A stretch of DNA of 64,000 nucleotides from Gammaproteobacteria bacterium (lineage in GTDB: Bacteria > Pseudomonadota > Gammaproteobacteria > G965277405), in contig OZ255726.1 of NCBI GenBank assembly GCA_965277405.1, forward strand, positions 576,001 to 640,000, in the 5' to 3' direction. Below the pieces are notes generated by a model. That model saw only the letters and a list, made by a program, of their open reading frames with translations. It searched no databases and was not told the DNA's origin. The stretch's first letter is position 1. Every line of letters starts with the position of its first letter. Shown here piece by piece: positions 51,423-61,256 of this stretch. Position numbers and translations under genes: made by a program.

Positions 51423-52523
51423 ATGGTAGCGCCAGTGCTGATAACTAAAACAAAAAAATATAACATCGCAGTCGACATTGACAATGTAACCAAGCTCTTT
51501 GGTAACTTTGTAGCGCTGGACAATGTTTCACTTTGCGTCCGCGACAACGAATTTTTCACCCTTCTTGGTCCATCTGGGTGCGGAAAGACCACGCTTTTGC
51601 GCGTGATTGCTGGATTTGAGGACGTTACAAGAGGAGCAATCCGTCTCTATAACGAAGATATCGCGGACCTCCCACCAAACAAACGTCCAGTTAATACAGT
51701 ATTTCAACAATATGCTTTGTTTCCGCACATGGATGTAACAAACAATGTGATGTTCGGGTTACTGTGTCTCGGGATGGCTAAAAATGCAGCCAGAAAACGA
51801 GTGGATGAAGTTCTTGAATTAGTGCAATTAACTCCGTTCGCTGCTCGCATGCCTGCACAAATGTCAGGTGGTCAGCAACAACGAGTGGCTCTGGCCAGAG
51901 CTCTGGCTCCAGCCCCAAAAGTGTTACTTTTGGATGAACCGTTTTCCGCTCTAGATCTTAAACTACGACAGACCGTTCGCTTAGAACTGCAACAAATCCA
52001 GCAGAAAACTGGCATCACTTTTATTTTTGTCACGCATGACCAAGAAGAAGCTCTAACCATGTCGGATAGAATCGCGGTTATGAGCCATGGCAAAATCCAG
52101 CAAGTTGGTTCGCCTCAAGAGATTTATGAATCACCAGAAAATAAATTTGTTGCTTATTTTATCGGTGAGATCAACCTCATTAACGTCAGTGTTACAAAAG
52201 TTAGCAGCAACACGGCAATTTGCAAACTTCCTGGATCAAAACCCTTTTCCTGCCCAGCACCAGATGGCGCGGCGGTAGGCGCAGGGCAACTTTCTGTACG
52301 CCCAGAACGTGTTGCAATCGTCAGCCCGTCAACGGGTTTGTTGCAGGGTGTCGTTACTCGGCAGGTTTATTTGGGCACCGACATGCATGTCGAGGTTAGG
52401 CTCGATGACGGAGCAGTCGTCACCGCGCGAATACAGAATTTAGCAAAGACAACCATACCGCCGATTGGTAAATCTGTTGGTTTGAATTTCGACGTTGCTG
52501 TCGCGCGCCTATTGGTGAATTAA
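51423..52523 (+). CDS. potA: Polyamine ABC transporter ATP-binding protein
   Basis: GPSGCGKTT, RPVNTVFQ.YALFPHM, MSGGQQQR, LLLDEP and VTHDQEEA motifs; start uncertain (ORF open from 51318). Confidence 0.9.
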   Translation: MVAPVLITKTKKYNIAVDIDNVTKLFGNFVALDNVSLCVRDNEFFTLLGPSGCGKTTLLRVIAGFEDVTRGAIRLYNEDIADLPPNKRPVNTVFQQYALFPHMDVTNNVMFGLLCLGMAKNAARKRVDEVLELVQLTPFAARMPAQMSGGQQQRVALARALAPAPKVLLLDEPFSALDLKLRQTVRLELQQIQQKTGITFIFVTHDQEEALTMSDRIAVMSHGKIQQVGSPQEIYESPENKFVAYFIGEINLINVSVTKVSSNTAICKLPGSKPFSCPAPDGAAVGAGQLSVRPERVAIVSPSTGLLQGVVTRQVYLGTDMHVEVRLDDGAVVTARIQNLAKTTIPPIGKSVGLNFDVAVARLLVN

Positions 52524-53446
52524 TGGCTGCGCTAATTTCCAAAAAAACTAATTCTAACGGGAGTGTTTATACGGGTCTCGGCAATTTGTTGATGTTGCCT
52601 TCTTGGTTGATAATCGGCTTTTTTCTTGTTCTACCGCTTGGACTAATGCTTATCTATTCATTTCTGACGAAAGAATTTCGTGGGGGTGTTATCTGGGAGT
52701 TTTCACTCGGTGCTTACGATCAGTTCTTCGTCTACAGAGGACTATTTGGTGATGAGCCAGCACAGATTGAGTGGACCTATATAACAATTTTCTGGCGTTC
52801 CATCTGGCAGGCCACTGTCTCCACTTTCTTCTGCCTCATCATTGGCTTCCCGACGGCGTGGTTCATAGCAACACGGACAGGGAGTAACAAGTCTATCTGG
52901 TTATTTATGATCACAATTCCCTACTGGGTGAACCTGCTGATTAGAACGATTTCGATGAAGTTTCTAATACGAGATGCAGGTCCATTCAATGAATGGCTGA
53001 TGTCATTGGGAGTTATAAGCGAACCAATCCACATCATCAACACTAATTTTGCTGTGCAACTTGGACTTTTCTATTCGTATCTGCCATTCATGGTGTTGCC
53101 AATTTACGCCAGCGTGGAACGGTATAATTTTGTTCTTTCAGAAGCAGCCGCGGATCTGTATGCATCGCGTTGGATTACATTAAGGCACATCATTTTGCCA
53201 GCGATCAAGCCTGGAATCATTGCTGGTGCTATCCTCGTTTTTGTCCCAAGCCTCGGCACATTTTTGGCTCCTGATCTTCTTGGAGGAGCTAAGACATTTA
53301 TGATCGGCTCTCTCATTGAAGAACAGTTCAAAGGCAATGCTGGCAATTGGCCATTTGGTGCCGCCGCCGCAATGCTGTTGCTCACAATGATTCTAATTGT
53401 GCTGGGGTTGTATGCTCGAGAACAGGGCAAAGGTATGGCGCAATGA
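52523..53446 (+). CDS. potB: Polyamine ABC transporter permease
   Basis: [26 protein letters not shown] and NWPFGAA motifs. Confidence 0.88.
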   Translation: MAALISKKTNSNGSVYTGLGNLLMLPSWLIIGFFLVLPLGLMLIYSFLTKEFRGGVIWEFSLGAYDQFFVYRGLFGDEPAQIEWTYITIFWRSIWQATVSTFFCLIIGFPTAWFIATRTGSNKSIWLFMITIPYWVNLLIRTISMKFLIRDAGPFNEWLMSLGVISEPIHIINTNFAVQLGLFYSYLPFMVLPIYASVERYNFVLSEAAADLYASRWITLRHIILPAIKPGIIAGAILVFVPSLGTFLAPDLLGGAKTFMIGSLIEEQFKGNAGNWPFGAAAAMLLLTMILIVLGLYAREQGKGMAQ

Positions 53447-54255
53447 AGAGCGCGCAAATCAATTTAAGGTTCTTCCCTGGATTTATGCCGCTGACGTATC
53501 TTTGCCTGTTCCTACTGTATGCCCCCTTGATTATCATCATGGTCTATTCATTCAATGATAGCAATTCCATTACGATCTGGGGCGGGTTTTCACTGCGTTG
53601 GTATGAAGAAGTTTTCTTTGGTGTGGAAGCTGCAAAATTACGCTCAGCAGCTTTCAACTCACTGACTATCGCGGTTATTGCTGCTACTGTATCTACAGTC
53701 ATCGCCACGTTAGCGGCGACTGCAATGGCCAGGAGCGGTCAATTCCGCGGCAAATCGTTTGGCTTCTTGCTGATTAATCTTCCTATCATGGTGCCAGAAA
53801 TTGTAACGGCTGTGGCTACCTTAATTTTCTTTTCGACAATTGGGTTCACGACCAGTTACCTAACAATAGTGCTTGTCCATATCGTATTCTGCATACCTTT
53901 CGCGTATCTGCCGATAGCGGCACGGATGCTGAGCATCGATAACAATTATGAGCAAGCAGCACTTGATCTTTATGCAACGCGTTTTCAGGCATTCAGATTG
54001 ATACTGCTGCCGCTGATGTCCCCTGGCATCATCTCGGGATACCTGCTGGCATTCATCATTTCACTTGATGACTTCATCATAACAAATTTTGTAAAAGGTG
54101 CTGGTATCGAGACATTGCCTACGGCAATTTACGGATCCGTAAAACTAGGGATAAAACCCAATATAATGTCTATATCTACACTGCTTCTGCTAGTATCGGC
54201 AATTTTCGTCACCCTATCTTATCTGGTCGGTAGGTCGGGTGGGCAGAAGCAATAA
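53443..54255 (+). CDS. potC: Polyamine ABC transporter permease
   Basis: LYAPL..YSFN, FSLRWY, VPEIV, EQAALDL, SLDDFII and TLP motifs; ATGA overlap with the potB stop. Confidence 0.88.
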   Translation: MKSAQINLRFFPGFMPLTYLCLFLLYAPLIIIMVYSFNDSNSITIWGGFSLRWYEEVFFGVEAAKLRSAAFNSLTIAVIAATVSTVIATLAATAMARSGQFRGKSFGFLLINLPIMVPEIVTAVATLIFFSTIGFTTSYLTIVLVHIVFCIPFAYLPIAARMLSIDNNYEQAALDLYATRFQAFRLILLPLMSPGIISGYLLAFIISLDDFIITNFVKGAGIETLPTAIYGSVKLGIKPNIMSISTLLLLVSAIFVTLSYLVGRSGGQKQ

Positions 54256-54281
54256 CGACCAATAACCATAGGGGAAATATC

Positions 54282-55316
54282 ATGCATAAATCATTTTTAA
54301 GCAGCATTACTGCCGTAGTCTTGGTCCTGTCAGCGTCTACTGCGCATGCCAAAGGCGAACTGTTAATCTACCACTGGTTTGACTACATCCCTCAAAAACT
54401 GGTCGACGAATTTTCACAGGAAAACGATATCAAGGTAATAATTGATACCTTCGACTCTAACGAGTCGATGCTTGCGGCGCTGAAAGCTGGAAAGCTAGGC
54501 AGTTATGATGTCGCCGTACCTGGTGACTACATGGTTAAAATCCTTGGTAATGAAGGCATGCTCGATACTTTTGATTCTGCGCGATTGAGCAATTTTGGCA
54601 ACATCCCGGCAAAATGGATCGACGTTGAATTCGACCAGGGTCGTAAGAGTTCGGTTCCCTATCAGTGGGGTTCTACCAGCTTCTCAGTAAACCGCGACAT
54701 GTACAAGGGCGATATAAACACGCTTGCCATTCTATTCGACCCACCAGCGGAACTTAAAGGGAAGATCAACGTATTGGACAGCCAAGGTGATGTGTTAACG
54801 ATGGCATCGATGTATCTTGGGATTCCCCAATGTACCGCTGACCGTGGTCAACTGAAAAAACTGAATGATCTCGTTCAGTCTGCTAAAGTTAATTGGGCGT
54901 CTTTTGGATCCGACACGGCAAAAGACGTTCTGGTCTCAGGGGACGCAGCGGTGGGAATGATTTACAACGGGTTTTCGGTGAAAGCGCGAGAAGAGAATCC
55001 GAACATCGAATACGCATATCCGCAAGAAGGCTATATCATCACAATGGAAAATATTGTTCTTTTGAAAGACGCTCCTAACCGCGAAAACGCGCTGATATTC
55101 ATGAACTTCATGCTTGAACCAGAACATGCGGCTGCCGTATCCAACTACGCAAAATATGCCTCTGCCGTGAGCGGCGCGGAAAACTTTTATGATGCTTCTC
55201 TTAAAAATCTCCCTGAAGCAACCCCGCCAGCTGATCAAATTGGACAGTTTGTACAGGTGTGCACCCAAGAAGTACAGGCCGTGTACGACACTATCTGGAC
55301 CAACTTGAAAAAATAG
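54282..55316 (+). CDS. potD: Polyamine ABC transporter periplasmic binding protein
   Basis: Signal peptide, W.DYI, FDSNE, YDVAVP.DY, PYQWG and YP.EG motifs. Confidence 0.87.
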   Translation: MHKSFLSSITAVVLVLSASTAHAKGELLIYHWFDYIPQKLVDEFSQENDIKVIIDTFDSNESMLAALKAGKLGSYDVAVPGDYMVKILGNEGMLDTFDSARLSNFGNIPAKWIDVEFDQGRKSSVPYQWGSTSFSVNRDMYKGDINTLAILFDPPAELKGKINVLDSQGDVLTMASMYLGIPQCTADRGQLKKLNDLVQSAKVNWASFGSDTAKDVLVSGDAAVGMIYNGFSVKAREENPNIEYAYPQEGYIITMENIVLLKDAPNRENALIFMNFMLEPEHAAAVSNYAKYASAVSGAENFYDASLKNLPEATPPADQIGQFVQVCTQEVQAVYDTIWTNLKK

Positions 55317-55411
55317 CAGGCGAAGAGTACAGGATAAATGACTGCTGCATACTCTGCGTCAATCTAGAAGATGAAAAAACGTTGTTCAACTCTATGCAAG
55401 AGCTTAACAAA

Positions 55412-55537
55412 GCTGCGCTAACGTCGTTGCAGCACTTGGATACCCACAAGACTGCACCAGTGTTAGCTGCGCACTGCGCTTAAGTTTTATCAGCGTTTTT
55501 TCTCCGTCTCGCCGATCATGGACTTAATCAGTGGCCC
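55412..55537 (+). mobile_element. Partial MITE (right half, degenerate right TIR)
   Basis: GCTGCGCTAACGTCGTTGCAGCACTTG...CAGCGTTTTTTCTCCGTCTCGCCGATCATGGACTTAATCAGTGGCCC. Confidence 0.85.
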
Positions 55538-55667
55538 GTAAAGCGATAATTGGGCAAATTGCGCGGCAGCATTGTATCGCGCAATGTAGCGTAATATCTG
55601 CCATTTACCGTGTAAATATGTGAAATAGCTAAGCCAACGTAGCTGACAATTCTTCTTTTATGGAGAG

Positions 55668-56003
55668 ATGTTTATGAATACGTTAAAAAACATAGTCCCG
55701 CTGTTAGTGTTGCTGGCTTGTGTGCTCGGCAGCTCCGCAGCTTTTGCCGAAGAACAACAACACAGGATAGGGGTCAATCTCAATAGCGCCGATGCCCAAA
55801 CGATTGCGGCGTCAATTAAAGGTGTTGGACAGCAGAAAGCGCAGGCCATCGTTGCATATCGCCAGCAATATGGCGAATTTACTGATTTCTCACAACTTGA
55901 AAATGTCAAAGGCATCGGCGCGAAGCTCGCACAGAAAATCAGTATGCAAGCCCACCTGATGCCAGTCTCTGCCAAACAACACGATACTAATGCGACTAAT
56001 TGA
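55668..56003 (+). CDS. comEA: ComEA-family helix-hairpin-helix DNA-binding protein
   Basis: Signal peptide, VNLNSADA..IA..IKGVG..KAQAIVAYR..YGEF..L.NVKGIG. Confidence 0.9.
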   Translation: MFMNTLKNIVPLLVLLACVLGSSAAFAEEQQHRIGVNLNSADAQTIAASIKGVGQQKAQAIVAYRQQYGEFTDFSQLENVKGIGAKLAQKISMQAHLMPVSAKQHDTNATN

Positions 56004-56442
56004 TGTGCAACTCAAAGCGTCACTCAAAGCTAGCATCAGCATAACAACACTGCTCATACTTGCGCAGACATTAGTAGTATTCCAACCTTGGCCAACCAGC
56101 GTAGTAATTGTGGCAAGTGGCTGCGTTTGGCTGTATTGCATCGAACTACTGCGCCTCCATGCTTGGCTATTAGATGCAGAATCAGTGGTGCGAGTAGAGC
56201 ATGACCCGACCGGACATAGCGTACAATGCAGCCTACGCAATGGTGGAGTGCAAACATACAGCAAGGTACGGTTTCAATCGCTTGGTTGGTGTGTGCTGAT
56301 ACATTGCAGCGATGGTCAAAACAACAATGCCCCGCAGCGAAAATACGCCGCAACACCAAAGAAGCGCACACTGACGGTGTTTACTGACCAATGTATTGAT
56401 CATTACCAATTGCGGATAATGGCACAATGGGGGAGCAGCTGA
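55990..56442 (+). CDS. Hypothetical membrane protein (possibly YgfX-like)
   Basis: 150-aa ORF overlapping the comEA end, two N-terminal hydrophobic segments; family assignment is only a resemblance. Confidence 0.45.
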   Translation: MRLIDVQLKASLKASISITTLLILAQTLVVFQPWPTSVVIVASGCVWLYCIELLRLHAWLLDAESVVRVEHDPTGHSVQCSLRNGGVQTYSKVRFQSLGWCVLIHCSDGQNNNAPQRKYAATPKKRTLTVFTDQCIDHYQLRIMAQWGSS

Positions 56443-56642
56443 TTCTGGGTCTGTTATGAATATGTGCAACATATTCTTATTGATTGGGTCTATTATCAGA
56501 GGATCTCAATCGCTAGGGCGACACCTGATGATTATGCAGCAAAGTGATTAGTGTTGTATAGTAACCAACCTAGCCATGATGTTGGTGAATACTTGCTCTA
56601 TCAAGAGGCTTCGATGCAAGCGATAACAGTACATCCGGTTAG

Positions 56643-56936
56643 GGAAGCTCTGATTAAGTCGCTGGATGGAGCGAGTTTGCCTGCAATTGAGATGATTGCA
56701 AGGCGCAAACCGCTAAGCGCATGCCGTAGCATATACGCCAAGGGATGCAACACAGCAAGTACCGCTGCAGCAAACCCAAAGTATATTCAACAGATGGACG
56801 GGAAAAAACGCTGCGCTAACGTCGTTGCAGCACTTGGCAGCACCCACAAGACCACCAGTATTATCTGCGCACTGCGCTTAAGTTTCATCAGCGTTTTTTC
56901 TCCGCCTCGCCCATGATGGAATTAATCAGAGCTTCC
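56643..56936 (+). mobile_element. IS5-related MITE, copy 4 (294 bp)
   Basis: TTAG|GGAAGCTCTGATTAAG...ATTAATCAGAGCTTCC|TTAT. Confidence 0.92.
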
Positions 56937-57090
56937 TTATATCTGTTTTGACGACATGGTATTCCCTCCTTGTCTTGCAGTGTGGGAGTCTTTTGTATAA
57001 ATTTATTGACTGTGGATATATTCAAGGCATCATTACCAATCATTAAAGGAACTTGGTTTTTTACTCTGGTTTTATTCTAAGGAGAAAACA

Positions 57091-58116
57091 ATGCAAAAAT
57101 CTATCCCACTGAGCGTATTAGGCGTTCTTGCCTTGAATATTTGTGCCATCGCTCCAGCAACAGCTGCAAACATATCCGCGTGTTTGATAACGAAAACAGA
57201 TACCAACCCTTATTTTGTGAAAATGAAAGAAGGCGCACAAAAAGGAGCGCAACAACATGGTATCGATTTGCAAACATTTGCTGGTAAAATTGATGGAGAT
57301 GTAGAAACGCAAATTGCCGCTGTTGAAAGTTGTATTGCATCTGATGTACAGGGGATTTTGATTACGCCAACGAATTCAGCGGCGCTTATTCCAATCGTTA
57401 CCCAAGCCCGCGCCGCTGGGATTCTGGTGATTGCACTCGACACTAAGTTTGACCCTCCCAGCACTGTAGATTCGACATTCACAACCGATAACTTTCAAGC
57501 TGGCATGTTAATTGGACAATGGGCAAAAGCCAAAATGGGGGCTGCTGCCGCCAATGCTAAAATTGCGCTGCTTAACCTCAGCGTTAGCCAAGTACCTGTG
57601 GACTACAACCGCAATAATGGTTTTTTGCAAGGGTTTGGTATCGATATAAAAAATCCTAAAAAAATAGGAGATGAAGTCGACCCACGCATTGTTGGCAATG
57701 ATGTTACTAGAGGGAACGAAGAAGGGGGCCGTAAAGCAATGGAAAATCTGTTGCAAAAAGATCCTGAAATCAATCTTGTCTACACAATCAATGAACCTGC
57801 TGCTGCTGGAGCATATGAAGCGTTAAAAGCTATAGGTCGCGCGGACGATGTACTGTTGGTCTCAATAGACGGTGGCTGCCCTGGGGTGGACAATGTTCAA
57901 GATGGCATTATTGGTGCAACGTCAATGCAGTTTCCGTTGCTTATGGCAACAATGGGCATTGCAGCGATAAAAAATTGGGCAGAGGATGGTACCAAGCCAA
58001 AAAACACTGCTGGTCTCGACTTCTTTGATACAGGGGTTGAGTTGATTACCAACGAACCTGTGCCAGGCATTCCAAGTATCAATGCCAAACAAGGCTTGGC
58101 CAAATGCTGGGGATAA
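57091..58116 (+). CDS. frcB: Fructose-type sugar ABC transporter binding protein
   Basis: AAGGAG RBS, signal peptide, [41 protein letters not shown] and C-terminal CWG. Confidence 0.88.
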   Translation: MQKSIPLSVLGVLALNICAIAPATAANISACLITKTDTNPYFVKMKEGAQKGAQQHGIDLQTFAGKIDGDVETQIAAVESCIASDVQGILITPTNSAALIPIVTQARAAGILVIALDTKFDPPSTVDSTFTTDNFQAGMLIGQWAKAKMGAAAANAKIALLNLSVSQVPVDYNRNNGFLQGFGIDIKNPKKIGDEVDPRIVGNDVTRGNEEGGRKAMENLLQKDPEINLVYTINEPAAAGAYEALKAIGRADDVLLVSIDGGCPGVDNVQDGIIGATSMQFPLLMATMGIAAIKNWAEDGTKPKNTAGLDFFDTGVELITNEPVPGIPSINAKQGLAKCWG

Positions 58117-58177
58117 ATGCTACTAGCCCATTGCACGGGTTTTGTGAAATATAGATCAGCCAATTCATAGTATGACG

Positions 58178-58206
58178 GCAATACCATACAATGCGGATGG
58201 TATTGC
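58178..58206. other. Perfect 10-bp stem-loop between frcB and frcC
   Basis: GCAATACCAT-N9-ATGGTATTGC, no U-tract. Confidence 0.6.
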
Positions 58207-58395
58207 TCATTATGGGTGCCAGTTACGCTCCGCTGTAAGTCAACGACTGCTGCAGCACTACGCAAACTTACCACTGCTGTTCTTTCCTCACTTCGCTATA
58301 TGATTGAATGGTCGTTCACCGATATTCTGGATTAGATCGCGCGCCTTAGCCATACTCAGCAATTCAATACACGTTTACTTTTTTCCGAGGCTGCC

Positions 58396-59451
58396 ATGGC
58401 TAAACAAAAATTACAGAGGGTGCTCGACCAAAGCAATACCTCAGCCGCAAGTTTTGTGGCTAATATAAAAAGTTTGCTTTATAAGTTGCAGCTCAAGCTT
58501 CATGCCAATCCAACTATTGTGCCTTTGGTGGTTTTGATTGTTTCAATTATTGTGTTTACAATCATCTCAAATGGCAAATTTCTGTCGCTGTACAATGCCA
58601 ATGTGATTTTACAACGCGTTTCGATTATCGGCATGTTGGCGATGGCGCAAACCCTGATCATATTGACCGCAGGCATCGATCTTTCGATTGGCGCAATTAT
58701 GATTTTTTCAACTATGTTGATGGGTCACTTTGCTGTCCATATGGGTGTCCCAGCCCCAATTGCAATAATTTTGGCGATCGTGGTTGCTGGCGCCATAGGC
58801 TTGCTCAACGGAGTATTAATCGCAAAAATTAAACTGCCTCCATTTATTGCGACACTTGGCACGTGGCGCATTTTTTATGCAGTTACTTTTATAATTTTTG
58901 GTTCACAGTCTATTCGCGGCTCAGATATTGACGTTGCGGCACCCCTGCTTAAATATTGGGGCAACACCTTGTTGCTAGGACCGATGACAATCAGTTTTGG
59001 ATCTATTGTATTCATCATATTCGCGGTTAGTGGTTGGTATGTGTTACGCCATACAGCTTGGGGTCGTCATGTATATGCAGTTGGCGACGATGAAGAGTCT
59101 GCAAAGCTTTCAGGAATTCGCACAGGAAGAACTCTTATTTCTGTATACGTCGTCGCTGGGGCACTAGCTGGATTTACTGGATGGATGGTCATCGGCCGTT
59201 TAGGCTCTGCATCACCAATTACCTATGTTGAGGCTAATTTACAATCAATCACCGCAGTTGTGATAGGTGGCATTTCTCTTTTTGGCGGGCGCGGGTCAAT
59301 TCTTGGGGTTATTTTTGGCGCGTTTATCGTGCAAGTTTTTGATTCTGGCTTAAATTTCACTGCACTTGACACCCAAGTAAAATATCTTGCCTTAGGGCTG
59401 TTAATCATTATCGCCGTAGCAATTGATCAATGGATCAGAAAGGTATCATAA
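58396..59451 (+). CDS. frcC: Sugar ABC transporter permease
   Basis: QTLIILTAGIDLSIG, LPPFIATLG, T.WGRHVYAVGD and AVVIGGISLFGGRG motifs. Confidence 0.88.
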   Translation: MAKQKLQRVLDQSNTSAASFVANIKSLLYKLQLKLHANPTIVPLVVLIVSIIVFTIISNGKFLSLYNANVILQRVSIIGMLAMAQTLIILTAGIDLSIGAIMIFSTMLMGHFAVHMGVPAPIAIILAIVVAGAIGLLNGVLIAKIKLPPFIATLGTWRIFYAVTFIIFGSQSIRGSDIDVAAPLLKYWGNTLLLGPMTISFGSIVFIIFAVSGWYVLRHTAWGRHVYAVGDDEESAKLSGIRTGRTLISVYVVAGALAGFTGWMVIGRLGSASPITYVEANLQSITAVVIGGISLFGGRGSILGVIFGAFIVQVFDSGLNFTALDTQVKYLALGLLIIIAVAIDQWIRKVS

Positions 59452-60233
59452 TGGTAGAACCAATTTTAAAAGCACGCGGACTTGTTAAGCGCTATGGCAA
59501 AGTAACCGCACTTGACCATGCCGATTTCGACCTCTACCCAGGTGAAATCCTTGCGGTAATTGGTGATAATGGTGCAGGTAAGTCATCCTTAATCAAAGCA
59601 CTCTCGGGCGCCGTGCAAGTAGATACTGGCAAGATGTGGCTTGAAGGAAAAACTTTCAGTTTTCGCTCGCCGATGTATGCACGCAAAGCAGGTATTGAAA
59701 CCGTGTATCAAAACCTCGCACTAAGCCCAGCGCTTTCTATAGCTGATAATATGTTTATGGGTCGCGAAATCCAAAAGGCTGGGTTGTTAGGAAAGGTATT
59801 GCGGATGCTTGACCATGCCCAGATGCAGCAAATTGCTCGAGATAAACTCAATGAGCTTGGACTGATGACTATTCAGAATATTAACCAAGCAGTTGAAACT
59901 CTTTCTGGAGGCCAGCGTCAAGGAATTGCAGTGGCGCGCGCCGCTGCTTTTGGTTCAAAAGTTATCATCATGGACGAACCGACCGCAGCACTTGGCGTTA
60001 AAGAAAGCCAGCGGGTGTTGGATTTAATTTTAGATGTGCGCTCACGCGGGCTAACAATTGTATTGATTTCACACAACATGCCGCATGTGTTTGAAGTTGC
60101 TGACCGTATTCATGTACACCGCCTTGGAAAACGCCTGTGTGTAATTGATGCAAAACAATGTTCAATGTCAGATGCGGTTGCATTAATGACTGGAGCGATG
60201 CCGCCTGCGCAAACATCACGCGATGAATCCTGA
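59451..60233 (+). CDS. frcA: Sugar ABC transporter ATP-binding protein
   Basis: GDNGAGKS, LSGGQRQ, IMDEPTAALG and ISHNM motifs; TAATG coupling to frcC. Confidence 0.9.
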   Translation: MVEPILKARGLVKRYGKVTALDHADFDLYPGEILAVIGDNGAGKSSLIKALSGAVQVDTGKMWLEGKTFSFRSPMYARKAGIETVYQNLALSPALSIADNMFMGREIQKAGLLGKVLRMLDHAQMQQIARDKLNELGLMTIQNINQAVETLSGGQRQGIAVARAAAFGSKVIIMDEPTAALGVKESQRVLDLILDVRSRGLTIVLISHNMPHVFEVADRIHVHRLGKRLCVIDAKQCSMSDAVALMTGAMPPAQTSRDES

Positions 60234-60846
60234 TAACCTTGCGCCCGTTATCGCAGCAATCGATGCTGCATGCAAAACCAATCATCGGCTACTCGTTGCA
60301 GTGGTTGGGCCGCCTGCTTCAGGAAAATCGACATGCAGCGCAGCACTGCAAGCACGTTATGGAAAACGCGCCGCTATTGTGCCAATGGATGGATTTCATT
60401 TTGATAATACCACGCTCATTGAACGCAATATATTCGAAAAAAAAGGCGCTCCAGAGACCTTTGATGTTGTGAGTTTTTTGCAACTTGTTAGTCAAATTGC
60501 TGATGGGTTGCAACCCAAGTATCCAATATTTGACCGAGAAAATGATTGTGTAATAACAGATGCGGCAACAATTGCGGCTGACGCAGCAATACTTATTTTT
60601 GAAGGTAACTACTTATTGCTCAACGCAGCAATTTGGCATGAATTATCTGCATTTTGGGGTCTGTCAATTTGGATTGATGCGCCAGTTGACTTGCTCGAAC
60701 GGCGACTTATTCAGCGCTGGATAAATTATGGGTTATCGCTGGAAGATGCCACAGCGCGCGCACACACCAATGACTTGGTCAATGTAACAACAACGCTGGA
60801 TAAATCAATTTTGCAACCTGCAACCATTATCCTCAAGGTTGAATAG
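60223..60846 (+). CDS. frcK: FrcK-like P-loop kinase (nucleoside/pantothenate kinase family)
   Basis: GPPASGKST, PMDGFH, KGAPETFD and EGNYLLL motifs; frcBCAK gene order. Confidence 0.8.
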   Translation: MNPDNLAPVIAAIDAACKTNHRLLVAVVGPPASGKSTCSAALQARYGKRAAIVPMDGFHFDNTTLIERNIFEKKGAPETFDVVSFLQLVSQIADGLQPKYPIFDRENDCVITDAATIAADAAILIFEGNYLLLNAAIWHELSAFWGLSIWIDAPVDLLERRLIQRWINYGLSLEDATARAHTNDLVNVTTTLDKSILQPATIILKVE

Positions 60847-60901
60847 TTGAATAGTTGAATAGTTGAATAGTTGAATAGTTGAATAGTTGAATAGTTGAAT
60901 A
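60838..60901. repeat. Perfect microsatellite (GTTGAATA)x8 spanning the frcK stop
   Basis: Eight exact copies. Confidence 0.97.
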
Positions 60902-60970
60902 TATTCCCGTGCTTGAGGCATATTAGCAATCTGCAAATTATCGCTACTCTATCAATGTTATTCTCCCCAA

Positions 60971-61256
60971 GGAACCTCTGATTAAGTCGCTGATGTAGCG
61001 AGTTTGATGGCAATTGCTGATGATTGCAAGGCGCATTCCGCAGGTGCATGCCCAGCTATACGCCAAGGGATGCAACACAGCAAGCGTAAGCAATTGCCGC
61101 AAACCCAAAGTATATTCAACAGATGGACGGGAAAAAACGCTGCGCTAACGTCGTTGCAGCACTTGATAATACCACCAGTATTATCTGCCCACTGCGTCTA
61201 GTTATCATCAGCGTTTTTTCTCCGTCTCGCCCATCATGGACTTAATCAGAGCTTCC
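60971..61256 (+). mobile_element. IS5-related MITE, copy 5, with CCAA target duplication, inserted in the msrA 3' end
   Basis: CCAA|GGAACCTCTGATTAAG...CTTAATCAGAGCTTCC|CCAA. Confidence 0.94.

Noticed and set aside
60726-61049. Minus-strand 107-aa ORF with FNYSTIQL repeats
   Set aside because: It is a chance read-through of the MITE, the microsatellite and antisense frcK.
56643-61256. Composite MITE transposon carrying frcBCAK
   Set aside because: The right copy has its own CCAA duplication inside msrA and the outer flanks (TTAG and CCAA) do not match, which points to independent insertions.
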